Of a DNA stretch of 64,000 nucleotides, positions 33,381 to 42,042 are shown piece after piece; position 1 is the first letter of the stretch; the number at the start of each line of letters is the position of its first letter. Under the pieces are notes generated by a model that saw only the letters and a program-made list of their open reading frames with translations, ran no database searches and was not told the DNA's origin. The position numbers and the translations under genes were made by a program. The stretch lies in the NCBI GenBank assembly GCA_024684435.1, contig JAIKWV010000035.1, positions 4,343-68,342 of the forward strand. Reading direction: 5' to 3'. Source of the stretch: Clostridiales bacterium. GTDB lineage: Bacteria; Bacillota; Clostridia; Oscillospirales; Acutalibacteraceae.

Positions 33381-33456
33381 ATTATTTTCCTCCGTAACGA
33401 TTGATTTCACGGAAGATATTGTTTCCCTTCTTTGCTGAAATATCCCCTCCCGTCCG

Positions 33457-33487
33457 GTATATTTCCCCGGAGTTATCTCATATGAAT
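33457..33487 (+). promoter_or_regulatory. possible sigma-E-type sporulation promoter of yabP-yabQ
   Basis: GTATATT, 15-nt spacer, CATATGAAT. This is loosely like the B. subtilis sigma-E consensus (ATATT ... CATACA-T). Confidence 0.25.
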
Positions 33488-33517
33488 TAACAAATCAAAT
33501 AAACGGAGGCAGTTTAT

Positions 33518-33799
33518 ATGACTGAAGATAAAAGCTTACCTAAGATGCCCCATAACGTTATTCTGGAGGATAGAAAAAAACTCATCCTGTCGGGAGTGTC
33601 CGATTTGGATAACTTCGATGAGAGCGCAGTGACGGTTTTTACGGACATGGGAGAATTGTTGATAAAGGGTGAAGACCTGCGGGTAAACAAGCTGTCGGTG
33701 GAGACCGGGGAGCTTTCGGTAGAGGGAAAAATATCCTCAATGACATATCTGGATGATCAGCCGAAAAGCTCCGGATTTTTCAGCAGGGTGTTCCGCTGA
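33518..33799 (+). CDS. yabP: sporulation protein YabP
   Basis: 93 aa. HNVILEDRKKLILSGVSDLDNFDESAVTVFTDMGELLIKGEDL. Conserved yabP-yabQ-divIC-yabR order. Confidence 0.9.
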   Translation: MTEDKSLPKMPHNVILEDRKKLILSGVSDLDNFDESAVTVFTDMGELLIKGEDLRVNKLSVETGELSVEGKISSMTYLDDQPKSSGFFSRVFR

Positions 33800-33801
33800 C
33801 C

Positions 33802-34263
33802 ATGATATATTTACCCACCATAGCTGACCAGACAAAGGTCTTCATGCTTTCTCTGGGCATGGGCTTTATACTGGGCATACTCTATGACATATTCCGGATA
33901 ATACGGCTTATAATCACCGATAAGCCGAAGGCGTTCATCCTTCAGGATATATTGTACTTCGTCGTCTGTACCCTTGTCAGTTTTCTGTTCCTGCTAAGCG
34001 TCAACAACGGCAAGGTGCGTTCCTTTGAGCTTGCGGGAGAGATCCTCGGCTGGCTCGTGTATTATTTTTCTTTCGGAACAGTTGCGATACGGTTCGGAAA
34101 TCTTGTGATATCTGCTGTAAAAAGGTTTTTAAAATTCGTATTCAGAATTTTTATCCGTCCTATAACAAATATTTTTTCAAAAATAACCGGATTTTTTAAA
34201 AAAATCATTAAATTTTTTATAAAAAAATTAAAATTCCTCTTGAAATTTTATACGCGAGTATAG
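33802..34263 (+). CDS. yabQ: spore cortex biosynthesis protein YabQ
   Basis: 153-aa polytopic membrane protein immediately after yabP. Confidence 0.8.
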   Translation: MIYLPTIADQTKVFMLSLGMGFILGILYDIFRIIRLIITDKPKAFILQDILYFVVCTLVSFLFLLSVNNGKVRSFELAGEILGWLVYYFSFGTVAIRFGNLVISAVKRFLKFVFRIFIRPITNIFSKITGFFKKIIKFFIKKLKFLLKFYTRV

Positions 34264-34269
34264 TATAAT
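34240..34269 (+). promoter_or_regulatory. candidate sigma-A promoter of divIC inside the 3' end of yabQ
   Basis: TTGAAA-N18-TATAAT. Confidence 0.4.
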
Positions 34270-34334
34270 AATAAAAAATTATATATACTTACCGATTTCC
34301 GTACAAAATATTCTTTAACGGAGTTAATTAACAT

Positions 34335-34640
34335 ATGGCTAAAACTGCTAAGAAATTCAGATACAGTAAGATCCTGGCCGTTGCTTTGGTAGTAGCGGTC
34401 TGTTATTGCGTTGTACAGGTGATCGTTCTGCGCAGCGATTATAAGACCAAGCTTGCCAGCTACAACAGCATTATAACTCAGTGTGAAAAGATAGAAGAAA
34501 AAAATGCCAAACTCGCTGAAATTGAAGAACTCCTTGAAAGCGGGAACAATGATGAATATATTGAGCGTATCGCCCGAGAGGAATTTGATTACGTCATGCC
34601 GGGTGAACGCGTCTATATAGATAAATCTGTGACCAAATAA
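34335..34640 (+). CDS. divIC: septum formation initiator family protein (DivIC/FtsB)
   Basis: 101 aa. One N-terminal TM segment (ILAVALVVAVCYCVVQVIVL) followed by a coiled coil. Synteny supports the call. Confidence 0.8.
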   Translation: MAKTAKKFRYSKILAVALVVAVCYCVVQVIVLRSDYKTKLASYNSIITQCEKIEEKNAKLAEIEELLESGNNDEYIERIAREEFDYVMPGERVYIDKSVTK

Positions 34641-34661
34641 TTCTGTTGGAGGATTTTAAGG

Positions 34662-35114
34662 GTGTTGGAAGTTGGAGCTATTGTTGACGGTAAGGTAACT
34701 CGTGTGGCTGATTTCGGCGCGTTTGTTGATATCGGTGACGGGAAAAGCGGTATGGTTCACATTTCCGAAGTCTCCACCGCATATGTGAACAATATTCATG
34801 ACCATGTTTCGGTGGGTCAGGAGGTCAAGGTAAAGATTCTGTCTATCGGAGACGACGGTAAAATAAGCCTTTCCATGAAAAAAGCTGTTCCTTCCGAGGA
34901 AAAAGCTTCCGCTCCGCCCAAGCCGCGTCACTCCTCCGCCCCCAATGTATGGCAGGGTGTCAAACCCTCCACCATCAATACAGGCAATTCCTTTGAGGAT
35001 ATGATGGCTCGCTTCAAACAGATCAGCGATGAAAAGATGACCGACCTAAAGCGTACATCCGAATCAAAACACGGCGGCGGGTATTCGCGCAGAGGCGGAA
35101 ATAATAACAGATGA
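34662..35114 (+). CDS. yabR: S1 RNA-binding domain protein YabR
   Basis: S1 fold pattern VGAIVDGKVTRVADFGAFVDIGDGKSGMVHISEVS. GTG start after GGAGG. Confidence 0.85.
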   Translation: MLEVGAIVDGKVTRVADFGAFVDIGDGKSGMVHISEVSTAYVNNIHDHVSVGQEVKVKILSIGDDGKISLSMKKAVPSEEKASAPPKPRHSSAPNVWQGVKPSTINTGNSFEDMMARFKQISDEKMTDLKRTSESKHGGGYSRRGGNNNR

Positions 35115-35220
35115 TCATTTATCAGGCTATATCAAGCCACGGGAAAACGGTGTTCCGGTTTTTTGGATCGGATCGTTTCCTGCTTTGATATGGGCTGATT
35201 TTTTATTGAGGTTTAATATT

Positions 35221-36063
35221 ATGAGAGACATTGATTTTAATGAGATCAAGCAGGCTGTTTGCGGTCTGTGCATAAAAGCGAACAAAGTGCTGCCAGACGA
35301 TCTTGCGGAGTGTATATGCCGCTCCGGAGATAATGAAACTGACGACCTTCCAAAGGGCATTCTTTCCGATCTTAGGGAAAACCTTAAGGCGGCAAAAGAA
35401 TTGGACATCCCCATCTGTCAGGATACCGGCATGGCGGTGGTGTTTATTGAACTGGGTCAGGATGTACATATCACCGGAGGTCTCCTTGAAGACGCGGTAA
35501 ACGCAGGCGTGAGTATGGGATATACGCAAGGCAGGCTTCGCTGCTCAGTTGTGGGCGACCCTTTAAAACGCGTAAATACCGGAGATAATACCCCCGCTGT
35601 CATCCATCTTAAAACAGTTGCCGGGGACAAAATAAAAATCACTGTCGCGCCCAAAGGCTTCGGCAGTGAAAATATGAGTCAGCTTAAAATGCTCACCCCT
35701 GCCGCCTCAAGAGAGACGGTCATAGACTATGTTCTGAAAGTTGTCCGTGACGCAGGCAGCAACCCCTGCCCTCCCATGGTTCTGGGCGTGGGAATAGGCG
35801 GAGACTTTGAATACTGCGCCTATCTTGCGAAAAAAGCTCTTTGCAGACCTGTTTCTCAGGGAAATCCCGACCCCTATTACCGCAAAATGGAAATTGAAAT
35901 ACTTGAAAAAGTAAACAAGTTAAACATCGGGCCTCAGGGTTTCGGCGGCAAGACCACGGCTCTGTCCGTCGCCATAGAAACCGCGCCCACCCACATTGCA
36001 GGGCTTCCCGTGTCGGTAAATGTGGGCTGTCATGTAACGCGGCACGCATCGGCAATTATATAA
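35221..36063 (+). CDS. Fe-S type hydro-lyase alpha subunit (class I fumarate hydratase / L(+)-tartrate dehydratase alpha)
   Basis: 280 aa. ICQDTGMAVVFIELGQD motif. Start ATG 35221 follows GAGG (ORF track gives 35185). No beta-subunit gene follows. Confidence 0.85.
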   Translation: MRDIDFNEIKQAVCGLCIKANKVLPDDLAECICRSGDNETDDLPKGILSDLRENLKAAKELDIPICQDTGMAVVFIELGQDVHITGGLLEDAVNAGVSMGYTQGRLRCSVVGDPLKRVNTGDNTPAVIHLKTVAGDKIKITVAPKGFGSENMSQLKMLTPAASRETVIDYVLKVVRDAGSNPCPPMVLGVGIGGDFEYCAYLAKKALCRPVSQGNPDPYYRKMEIEILEKVNKLNIGPQGFGGKTTALSVAIETAPTHIAGLPVSVNVGCHVTRHASAII

Positions 36064-36292
36064 CGGTACTGTAATAAACTTGTAATAAATGAATCGTTTG
36101 TAAATAAATTATAAATCTGCGGATTTACTATTTACTTTTTCTGTGCATTTGTGCTATAATACAATCAGGCAAGGAACAGTAATCAAATATGAGTTCCCTG
36201 TCGGTGAAAAAAATCGCCTTTCGGCTCAGTATTTCAGCGCTTCCCCTGCTGCGCCGGAACTTGATTTAATATATATTTTGGGAGATGGCATT

Positions 36293-36826
36293 ATGAAAAT
36301 CACAATTATCGGACGCAAGTGTACTCCTCGCGAGTCCTTCAAGGAAAGGGCTGAAAAAAAGCTTGCCAAGGTAGAGCGCTTTTTCGGTGAAGATACCGAG
36401 GCAAAGATAACCGCTACAGTAGAAAAGAGCGCTAAGATCGTTGAGATCACCGTAAACAGCGGCGGGCTTATTTTCAGAGCGCAGGAACGTTCGCAGGATC
36501 TTGATGAATCTCTCGACAAGTGCGTTGATTCTTTGATCCGTCAGATACGCAAGAATAAGACGAAGGTCGAGAAAAAATTACGCAAGGAAGTTCTTGATGA
36601 TTTCATCAATCCCAACGAACCCGATGTGGTGGAAGAAATCGATTACAATCTGGTGAGAACAAAAGAGATCCCGATGAAACCCCTGCTTGTTGACGAAGCT
36701 ATCTTACAGATGAATATGCTGGGTCACAAGTTCTTCATGTTCCAGAACGCAGACACAAATCTTATTAATGTTGTTTATGTGCGTAAGGACGGCGGATACG
36801 GTCTTCTCGTGCCGGATAAAAAATAA
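36293..36826 (+). CDS. hpf: ribosome hibernation promoting factor, long form
   Basis: 177 aa. MKITIIGRKCTPRESFKERAEKKLAKVERFF is the N-terminal domain, followed by a C-terminal dimerisation domain. ATG 36293 follows GGGAGA. The ORF-track start 36143 lies in the 5' UTR. Confidence 0.9.
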   Translation: MKITIIGRKCTPRESFKERAEKKLAKVERFFGEDTEAKITATVEKSAKIVEITVNSGGLIFRAQERSQDLDESLDKCVDSLIRQIRKNKTKVEKKLRKEVLDDFINPNEPDVVEEIDYNLVRTKEIPMKPLLVDEAILQMNMLGHKFFMFQNADTNLINVVYVRKDGGYGLLVPDKK

Positions 36827-36844
36827 AACAGCTTAAATAAACCG

Positions 36845-36879
36845 CGGGGGCAGGGCGACCTGTCCCCGTTGCATTTTTA
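36845..36879 (+). terminator. intrinsic terminator of hpf
   Basis: CGGGGGCAGG / GCGA / CCTGTCCCCG (one G-U pair), followed by a T-rich tract. Confidence 0.6.
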
Positions 36880-36936
36880 TTATATTTGTTTTATAATGAT
36901 CATATAAATGTGACCCGTGGAAGGAATGGTCTTTTA

Positions 36937-38052
36937 ATGAACATGAATTTTGCAGTCCCCTGCCTCCTTGGTATAGAAGGTCTTATCGCTGAGGAGCTGA
37001 GAAACCTTGAGGTGGAGAATGTCAGAGCCGAAAACGGAAGGGTCCTGTTCTCCGGTGATGAAACTACCCTTGCAAGGGTAAACATAAACTCCCGCTATGC
37101 TGAAAGGGTGCAGATACTTGTGGGCAGTTTCACCGCCAAAAGCTTTGAGGAGCTTTTTCAGGGCGTCAAAGCTTTGGAATGGGAGCAGTTTATCGGAGCA
37201 ACTGACGCCTTTCCCGTCAAGGGTTACTCCATAAATTCCACCCTGTTCAGCGTAAGCGACTGTCAGGCAATTATAAAAAAAGCGGTGGTTGAACGGTTAA
37301 AGTCAAAATACGGGATCGAATGGTTCGAGGAGACCGGTCCCGTGCATCAGATACAGTTTTCCATAATGAAGGACGAGGTGAGTCTGCTGCTTGACACCAC
37401 CGGCGCGGGTCTGCACAAAAGAGGCTACCGTCCGGATGCCAACTCCGCTCCCCTGAAAGAGACCATCGCCGCCTCTCTCTGCTGTATATCGCGGCTTCGT
37501 CCGTACCATACTCTGTATGATCCCCTTTGCGGTTCGGGCACAATACTCATTGAAGGGGCAATGATGGCTCAGAACATCGCTCCGGGTCTTAACCGTAACT
37601 TTTCCGCTCAACGCTGGGACATCATTCCTGAGAACGTCTGGAAAACAGAGCAGGAAAGAGCCAAAGATCTTGAAAACCGGAACGTGGATTTCTTCGCCTA
37701 CGGCTCTGACATTGACCCGAACGCCATAGAGATAGCAAAAATAAATGCCCGTCGTGCAGGCGTTGAGGATAAGATCGATTTTTCCGTCTCTGATCTGCGT
37801 GATTTTGAACCCAAAACCCAGCGAGGCACTCTTATATGCAATCCCCCTTACGGAGAAAGGCTGCTGGATATACAACAGGCAGATGAGCTTTATAGGCTGA
37901 TGGGCAAAAAATTCATACAGCACAAGGGCTGGTCATACAGTATTATAAGCCCCTCGGAGACCTTTGAACAGACCTTCGGCAGGAAAGCGGACAAACGCCG
38001 CAAACTGTACAACGGCATGATAAAATGTCAGGTATTCATGTATTTTAAATGA
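36937..38052 (+). CDS. THUMP-domain class I SAM-dependent RNA methyltransferase (RlmL/YpsC-like)
   Basis: SAM motif I DPLCGSGTILIEGA and motif IV NPPYGERL. Start ATG 36937 follows GGAAGGAATGG. Confidence 0.85.
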   Translation: MNMNFAVPCLLGIEGLIAEELRNLEVENVRAENGRVLFSGDETTLARVNINSRYAERVQILVGSFTAKSFEELFQGVKALEWEQFIGATDAFPVKGYSINSTLFSVSDCQAIIKKAVVERLKSKYGIEWFEETGPVHQIQFSIMKDEVSLLLDTTGAGLHKRGYRPDANSAPLKETIAASLCCISRLRPYHTLYDPLCGSGTILIEGAMMAQNIAPGLNRNFSAQRWDIIPENVWKTEQERAKDLENRNVDFFAYGSDIDPNAIEIAKINARRAGVEDKIDFSVSDLRDFEPKTQRGTLICNPPYGERLLDIQQADELYRLMGKKFIQHKGWSYSIISPSETFEQTFGRKADKRRKLYNGMIKCQVFMYFK

Positions 38053-38068
38053 TCTGGAGTGAAGGATA

Positions 38069-39001
38069 ATGAAGCATATTTTTGTTATAAATCCCGCGGC
38101 AGGCAAGGGCAGAGCCGCGCTGAACATTCAGGATGAAATAAAGGAATACTGTGAGAAAGAGAAGCTGGACTATGTGATCCATGTAACCCGGTCAAAAGAA
38201 GAAAGCATATCCTATATCCGCGATCTGGCAAAAACCGGAGAGCATATAAGATTCTATTCCTGCGGCGGAGACGGAACGCTGTTCTGCGCCATAAACGCCT
38301 GTTTCGGCTACAAAAACACGGAGATCGCCGTTTTGCCCCTGGGCTCAGGCAACGACTTTGTCAGGATACTTGGGAAAAAGGAAGATCTGCTGAACGTTGA
38401 AGTCCAGGTAAAAGGTACGCCCACCGAGTTTGACGTTATCAAATGCGGGGATAAAATAGCCATCAGCCAGTGCTCCATGGGACTTGACGCGGAGGTTTGC
38501 GCAAAGCAGGCCGAGTTCAAGAAGATCCCGTTCTTCTCGGGAGAATTCGCATACACCGCTTCCCTGCTCTACTGCGTTATGAAAAAGGTCAACAATGTGT
38601 TCACCGTAGCAGTTGACGACGATCCCCCTGTGACCAAAAAAGTTTTGTTCGCGCTGTGCGGAAATTCAAAATGGTACGGCGGCGGATATAAGGGAGCCCC
38701 TCTTGCAAAGCCTGACGACGGTCTGCTGGACTGTATAGTGGTGGAAAAGAACTGCGGAAGGCTGGGGCTTTTAAAGCTCATCGGTCCGTATAAAGAAGGC
38801 AAGCACCTTGAATGGAAAAACACAGTATTCAAAAGGGGCAAAAAATTTACCGTACACAGCGACAAGCCCGCGGCTGTCAATGTTGACGGCGAATGTGAGT
38901 ATGTAACGGACAGCACCTTTGAAATAGTCGAGAAGGCTGTCAATATAGTGATCCCCTCAAATTCCAGCTATTTTGAGGACAGAAGGTCCGGGAAAATATA
39001 A
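38069..39001 (+). CDS. diacylglycerol kinase-family lipid kinase (YegS/DagK type)
   Basis: MKHIFVINPAAGKG and SCGGDGT motifs. Confidence 0.85.
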   Translation: MKHIFVINPAAGKGRAALNIQDEIKEYCEKEKLDYVIHVTRSKEESISYIRDLAKTGEHIRFYSCGGDGTLFCAINACFGYKNTEIAVLPLGSGNDFVRILGKKEDLLNVEVQVKGTPTEFDVIKCGDKIAISQCSMGLDAEVCAKQAEFKKIPFFSGEFAYTASLLYCVMKKVNNVFTVAVDDDPPVTKKVLFALCGNSKWYGGGYKGAPLAKPDDGLLDCIVVEKNCGRLGLLKLIGPYKEGKHLEWKNTVFKRGKKFTVHSDKPAAVNVDGECEYVTDSTFEIVEKAVNIVIPSNSSYFEDRRSGKI

Positions 39002-39167
39002 GCTTCCGAAAAGCAATAATAAAACAGATGTTTTTCTGTCATAAGATACTGTATAAAACGTAGAAATCTAAATATTTATTTTCATTATCCGCAATTAAGT
39101 GCTATTATATGATTAGCGGTAACTAACCGATCGTTTTTATACTGATTTTTGCGGGGCGTTTTTTGTT

Positions 39168-39956
39168 ATGTTAAAGATTGTTTTGTTCTCAACCGTTGCC
39201 GGAGTTGTCGGCACGAGCATAGGCGGACTTATCGGGCTGATCTTCGGCAACAGCTCAAAAGCCACGGTAAGCTACCTGATTTCCCTTGCCTCCGGCGTTA
39301 TGATAAGCATCGTCACCTTCGACCTTATCCCCGAAACTCTTGATCTTTCATCCCTGAGGCTTACGATAATATCCATAGTATGCGGCGTTCTCACTGTTCA
39401 GATAATGAACTACATAATAGATAAAATCACGGACTCTAAGGAGACCCACGTACAGCTTGAAGAACTCAGGCACCAGAAGAACGTCATTTCCGCCAACGGT
39501 CAGTCCTCCCTGCTGCGCGCCGGCTTAGTCATGTTTGCCGCCATAGCGCTGCACAACCTGCCCGAAGGCATGGCAATAGGTTCGGGCGGCGCCCACAACA
39601 CATCAATGGGAGCGGCTCTGGCAATAGTCATAGCCCTGCACAATATCCCTGAGGGCATGAGCATAGGCGTCCCCCTTATTGAGGGCGGCATGAACAAATA
39701 TAAGGCCGTTCTCCTTACTGCTTTGTCCGGCCTTCCCACATTGTTCGGCGGCTTATTGGGCGCGGCTTTGGGCAATCTTGGAAAGACCACAATAGCCTTC
39801 TCCCTCTCCTTTGCCGGAGGAGCCATGCTTTACGTCACATTTTGCGAGATAATCCCTCAGGCTATATTGTTGGACAGGACAAGAAAACCCGCTCTTTTCA
39901 CCATTTCCGGGCTTATAATAGGTCTTTCACTGGTGGAGTTATTCGCTGAGGTCTGA
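39168..39956 (+). CDS. ZIP family metal (zinc) transporter
   Basis: Duplicated ALHNLPEGMAIG / ALHNIPEGMSIG motifs in a polytopic membrane protein. Confidence 0.9.
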   Translation: MLKIVLFSTVAGVVGTSIGGLIGLIFGNSSKATVSYLISLASGVMISIVTFDLIPETLDLSSLRLTIISIVCGVLTVQIMNYIIDKITDSKETHVQLEELRHQKNVISANGQSSLLRAGLVMFAAIALHNLPEGMAIGSGGAHNTSMGAALAIVIALHNIPEGMSIGVPLIEGGMNKYKAVLLTALSGLPTLFGGLLGAALGNLGKTTIAFSLSFAGGAMLYVTFCEIIPQAILLDRTRKPALFTISGLIIGLSLVELFAEV

Positions 39957-40244
39957 GTCGTTATATTTGAGTTTAAAACGGTGATCTCTCAGTTTGCCGG
40001 CAAAAAGCACAGCAAAGCAGTAACCATTATATACGTTGAGCGTCGTTGAAAACCCGGACTTATTACACAATTCGACCCGCAGGGCTCCCTGCGGGATATT
40101 TACTATCTCCGCCTTTATTACATTGCCGGTGGACCAGCAGTAAACGTTCACCTTGCCTCTCAGGTGCGGCGCTTTTTTAGTGGCGTTGAGCTCCACCGAA
40201 CATACAGGCTTGCTCTTTAAAAGATCTGAAATACTGTATAACAA
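39939..40244 (-). CDS. hypothetical protein, possibly a degenerate Cu/Zn-superoxide-dismutase-family remnant
   Basis: 101-aa ORF with a TTG start 8 nt after GAGGGG and no internal Met. Its ends resemble the N- and C-terminal strands of clostridial SOD-family proteins (my recollection), but the His-rich metal site is absent. It overlaps the ZIP gene's 3' end by 18 nt. Confidence 0.35.
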   Translation of the reverse strand: MLYSISDLLKSKPVCSVELNATKKAPHLRGKVNVYCWSTGNVIKAEIVNIPQGALRVELCNKSGFSTTLNVYNGYCFAVLFAGKLRDHRFKLKYNDSDLSE

Positions 40245-40346
40245 AAAATCAACCCCTCTGTATCATCATATGCCAATAGTTTTGTATTGACATTAGAACA
40301 AAAAAAGAGAAAAACATCATGCACAAGCGTGATTTATCGAATAAAA

Positions 40347-40405
40347 ACTCCCTCAGTCACTCACTTTGTTCGTGACAGCTCCCTCAACGAGGGAACCGTT
40401 GTTTG
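40347..40405 (+). repeat. intergenic repeat, module A (second locus)
   Basis: Aligns with 8314-8365. Contains hairpins GTCAC..GTGAC and CCCTC-AAC-GAGGG. Confidence 0.7.
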
Positions 40406-40428
40406 ATCATGCACATCTATACCGCCTG

Positions 40429-40456
40429 TAATGGAGGGCTTCCACGCCCTCCATTA
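40429..40456 (-). repeat. hairpin repeat with NNGGAA loop, inverted orientation
   Basis: Perfect 11-bp stem TAATGGAGGGC / TTCCAC / GCCCTCCATTA. The loop reads GTGGAA on the minus strand. Confidence 0.8.
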
Positions 40457-40474
40457 AATCCGCCGACAATTTAA

Positions 40475-40500
40475 GGGTCGGCATGGAAGCCGACCCCTAC
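40475..40500 (+). repeat. hairpin repeat with NNGGAA loop and CTAC tail
   Basis: GGGTCGGC / ATGGAA / GCCGACCC followed by CTAC. The stem differs from the 8398-8419 stem, but complementarity is kept. Confidence 0.8.
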
Positions 40501-40520
40501 AAATAATTCCTCAAAATTTT

Positions 40521-40551
40521 GGTCTGTCTTATTGTGACAGACTATTTTTTT
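40521..40551. terminator. intrinsic terminator-like hairpin downstream of the ABC operon (better formed on the plus strand)
   Basis: GGTCTGTC / TTATTGT / GACAGACT followed by ATTTTTTT on the plus strand. On the minus strand the hairpin is followed by AAAATTTT. Confidence 0.5.
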
Positions 40552-40559
40552 GCCAATCT

Positions 40560-41297
40560 TTAAACATCATCGCTGTTCATTTTCTTTTTGAAAGCAAAGA
40601 CTGCCAGAACGGTTACGATCAGGGCGTAACCTGCCACCACGGCTAGCTCCGGCAGGATCTTCCCATACTCCCCCGCTATCGCCGCCCGTCCGGCATCCAC
40701 CGCGTGTACGAATGGCATGATGTTTGAAAAAGTTTTAAATCCTTTGCCCACCAGATTCGGATCGAACCATATACCCGAAAGCCACGCCGTCAGGTTCGTA
40801 AGCAGGGCGCCGCAAACGCCGCCCACCTGCTTATCATTGAGCAGTGAGCCGCACAGAAGACCTATTGAAATGAACAGCACCGACGCCGGAATGGAGACCG
40901 CCACAGCCAAAAGCACGTTGACAGATACCTTCATGCCAAGTATGAAGGCAACTATATAGCATATCACCGTCTGCGCAACAGCCATCGGCAGCATTGGCAA
41001 TGTATAGCCCAGAATGTAATCTGTGGAAGTAAGGGGCGATGTAAACAGCCTCAATATCAGAGATTCGCTTCTGTCCTTTGAAATAAGCACAGCGGAAAAC
41101 AGGGACATAAACGACAGCCCGAAAACAGCGATACCCGGCGTCAATGTATCTATTTTGAACATATCCACCGGCAGGTGGGATTGAATGAGTGAAAGCAGCA
41201 CAAGCAGTATCACAGGAAAGCCTATGCCAAAGCAAAGGTTTATTTTATCCCTTATAATTTCCTTACCGTTTCTTGATGCAAAAGCTAAGAATTTCAT
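40560..41297 (-). CDS. ABC-2 type transporter permease
   Basis: 245 aa with six hydrophobic segments, located immediately after the ATPase gene. Confidence 0.85.
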   Translation of the reverse strand: MKFLAFASRNGKEIIRDKINLCFGIGFPVILLVLLSLIQSHLPVDMFKIDTLTPGIAVFGLSFMSLFSAVLISKDRSESLILRLFTSPLTSTDYILGYTLPMLPMAVAQTVICYIVAFILGMKVSVNVLLAVAVSIPASVLFISIGLLCGSLLNDKQVGGVCGALLTNLTAWLSGIWFDPNLVGKGFKTFSNIMPFVHAVDAGRAAIAGEYGKILPELAVVAGYALIVTVLAVFAFKKKMNSDDV

Positions 41298-41313
41298 ATT
41301 TTGTCACCCCTCC

Positions 41314-42042
41314 TCAAAACTTGCCGTCGCCGGCAAGAGCAACAAAGGCGTCTTCAAAGTTTTTCGCGCCGGTGAGTTCCATAAGCTCTGAAGCCGTTCC
41401 GACCGCCTTTAGATCGCCCTTTGACATAACGGCTATCCTGTCTGAAAGATGCTCCGCCTCTTCCAGATAGTGGGTGGTCAATATTATCGTTATCTTACCC
41501 TTGAGCTTTTCTATGATACTCCATAATTCACGCCGCGCCAGCACATCAAGCCCCAGGGTAGGTTCGTCCAGGAACAGCACCTCAGGGTCCGAAATAAGAG
41601 CCAGAGCGATACTGAGCCTTCTCTGCCAACCGCCGGAGAGGGTTTTCGCCTTGCTGTTCTCTATCTCGCGGAAATCAAATTTTTCTATCATCTCATCAGC
41701 TTTTTTCTTTGAGTCCGCTTTGCTGAAACCGTATATGGCGCAAATAAATTCCAGATTTTCTCTCACGGACAGGTTCCGCGCCACTGCGGTCTCCTGAGTT
41801 GATACGTTGATCTTCTCCTTGACCTTCAGAGGATCTTTGACAATACTGTCGCCAAGTATCACGGCGTCCCCGTCTGTGGGCTTTGTAAGACCCGACAGCA
41901 TCTTTATCGTGGTGGTCTTTCCCGCTCCGTTCACGCCCAAAAGAGCAAATAATTCGCCCTTTTCAACAGTCAGATCCAAGGAATTGACCGCAGTTTTGTC
42001 CTTATATTTCTTTGTCAGAGCTTTTGTTTCAATCGCCGTCAT
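41314..42042 (-). CDS. ABC transporter ATP-binding protein
   Basis: Walker A GVNGAGKTTT, signature LSGGWQRRLS and Walker B LFLDEPT. ATG 42042 is preferred over GTG 42051. Confidence 0.92.
   Translation of the reverse strand: MTAIETKALTKKYKDKTAVNSLDLTVEKGELFALLGVNGAGKTTTIKMLSGLTKPTDGDAVILGDSIVKDPLKVKEKINVSTQETAVARNLSVRENLEFICAIYGFSKADSKKKADEMIEKFDFREIENSKAKTLSGGWQRRLSIALALISDPEVLFLDEPTLGLDVLARRELWSIIEKLKGKITIILTTHYLEEAEHLSDRIAVMSKGDLKAVGTASELMELTGAKNFEDAFVALAGDGKF

Noticed and set aside
36143-36292. N-terminal 50-aa extension of hpf given by the ORF track
   Set aside because: The extension has no SD, whereas ATG 36293 does. The conserved HPF sequence begins at MKITIIG, and the region contains a TGCTATAAT extended -10.
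40245-40551. Plus-strand small RNA or peptide gene ending at the plus-oriented terminator at 40521-40551
   Set aside because: TTGACA at 40287 has no usable -10 at a 16-19-nt spacing. The only ATG ORF is 18 codons with no SD. The hairpin may simply serve the convergent ABC operon or a long ZIP 3' UTR.
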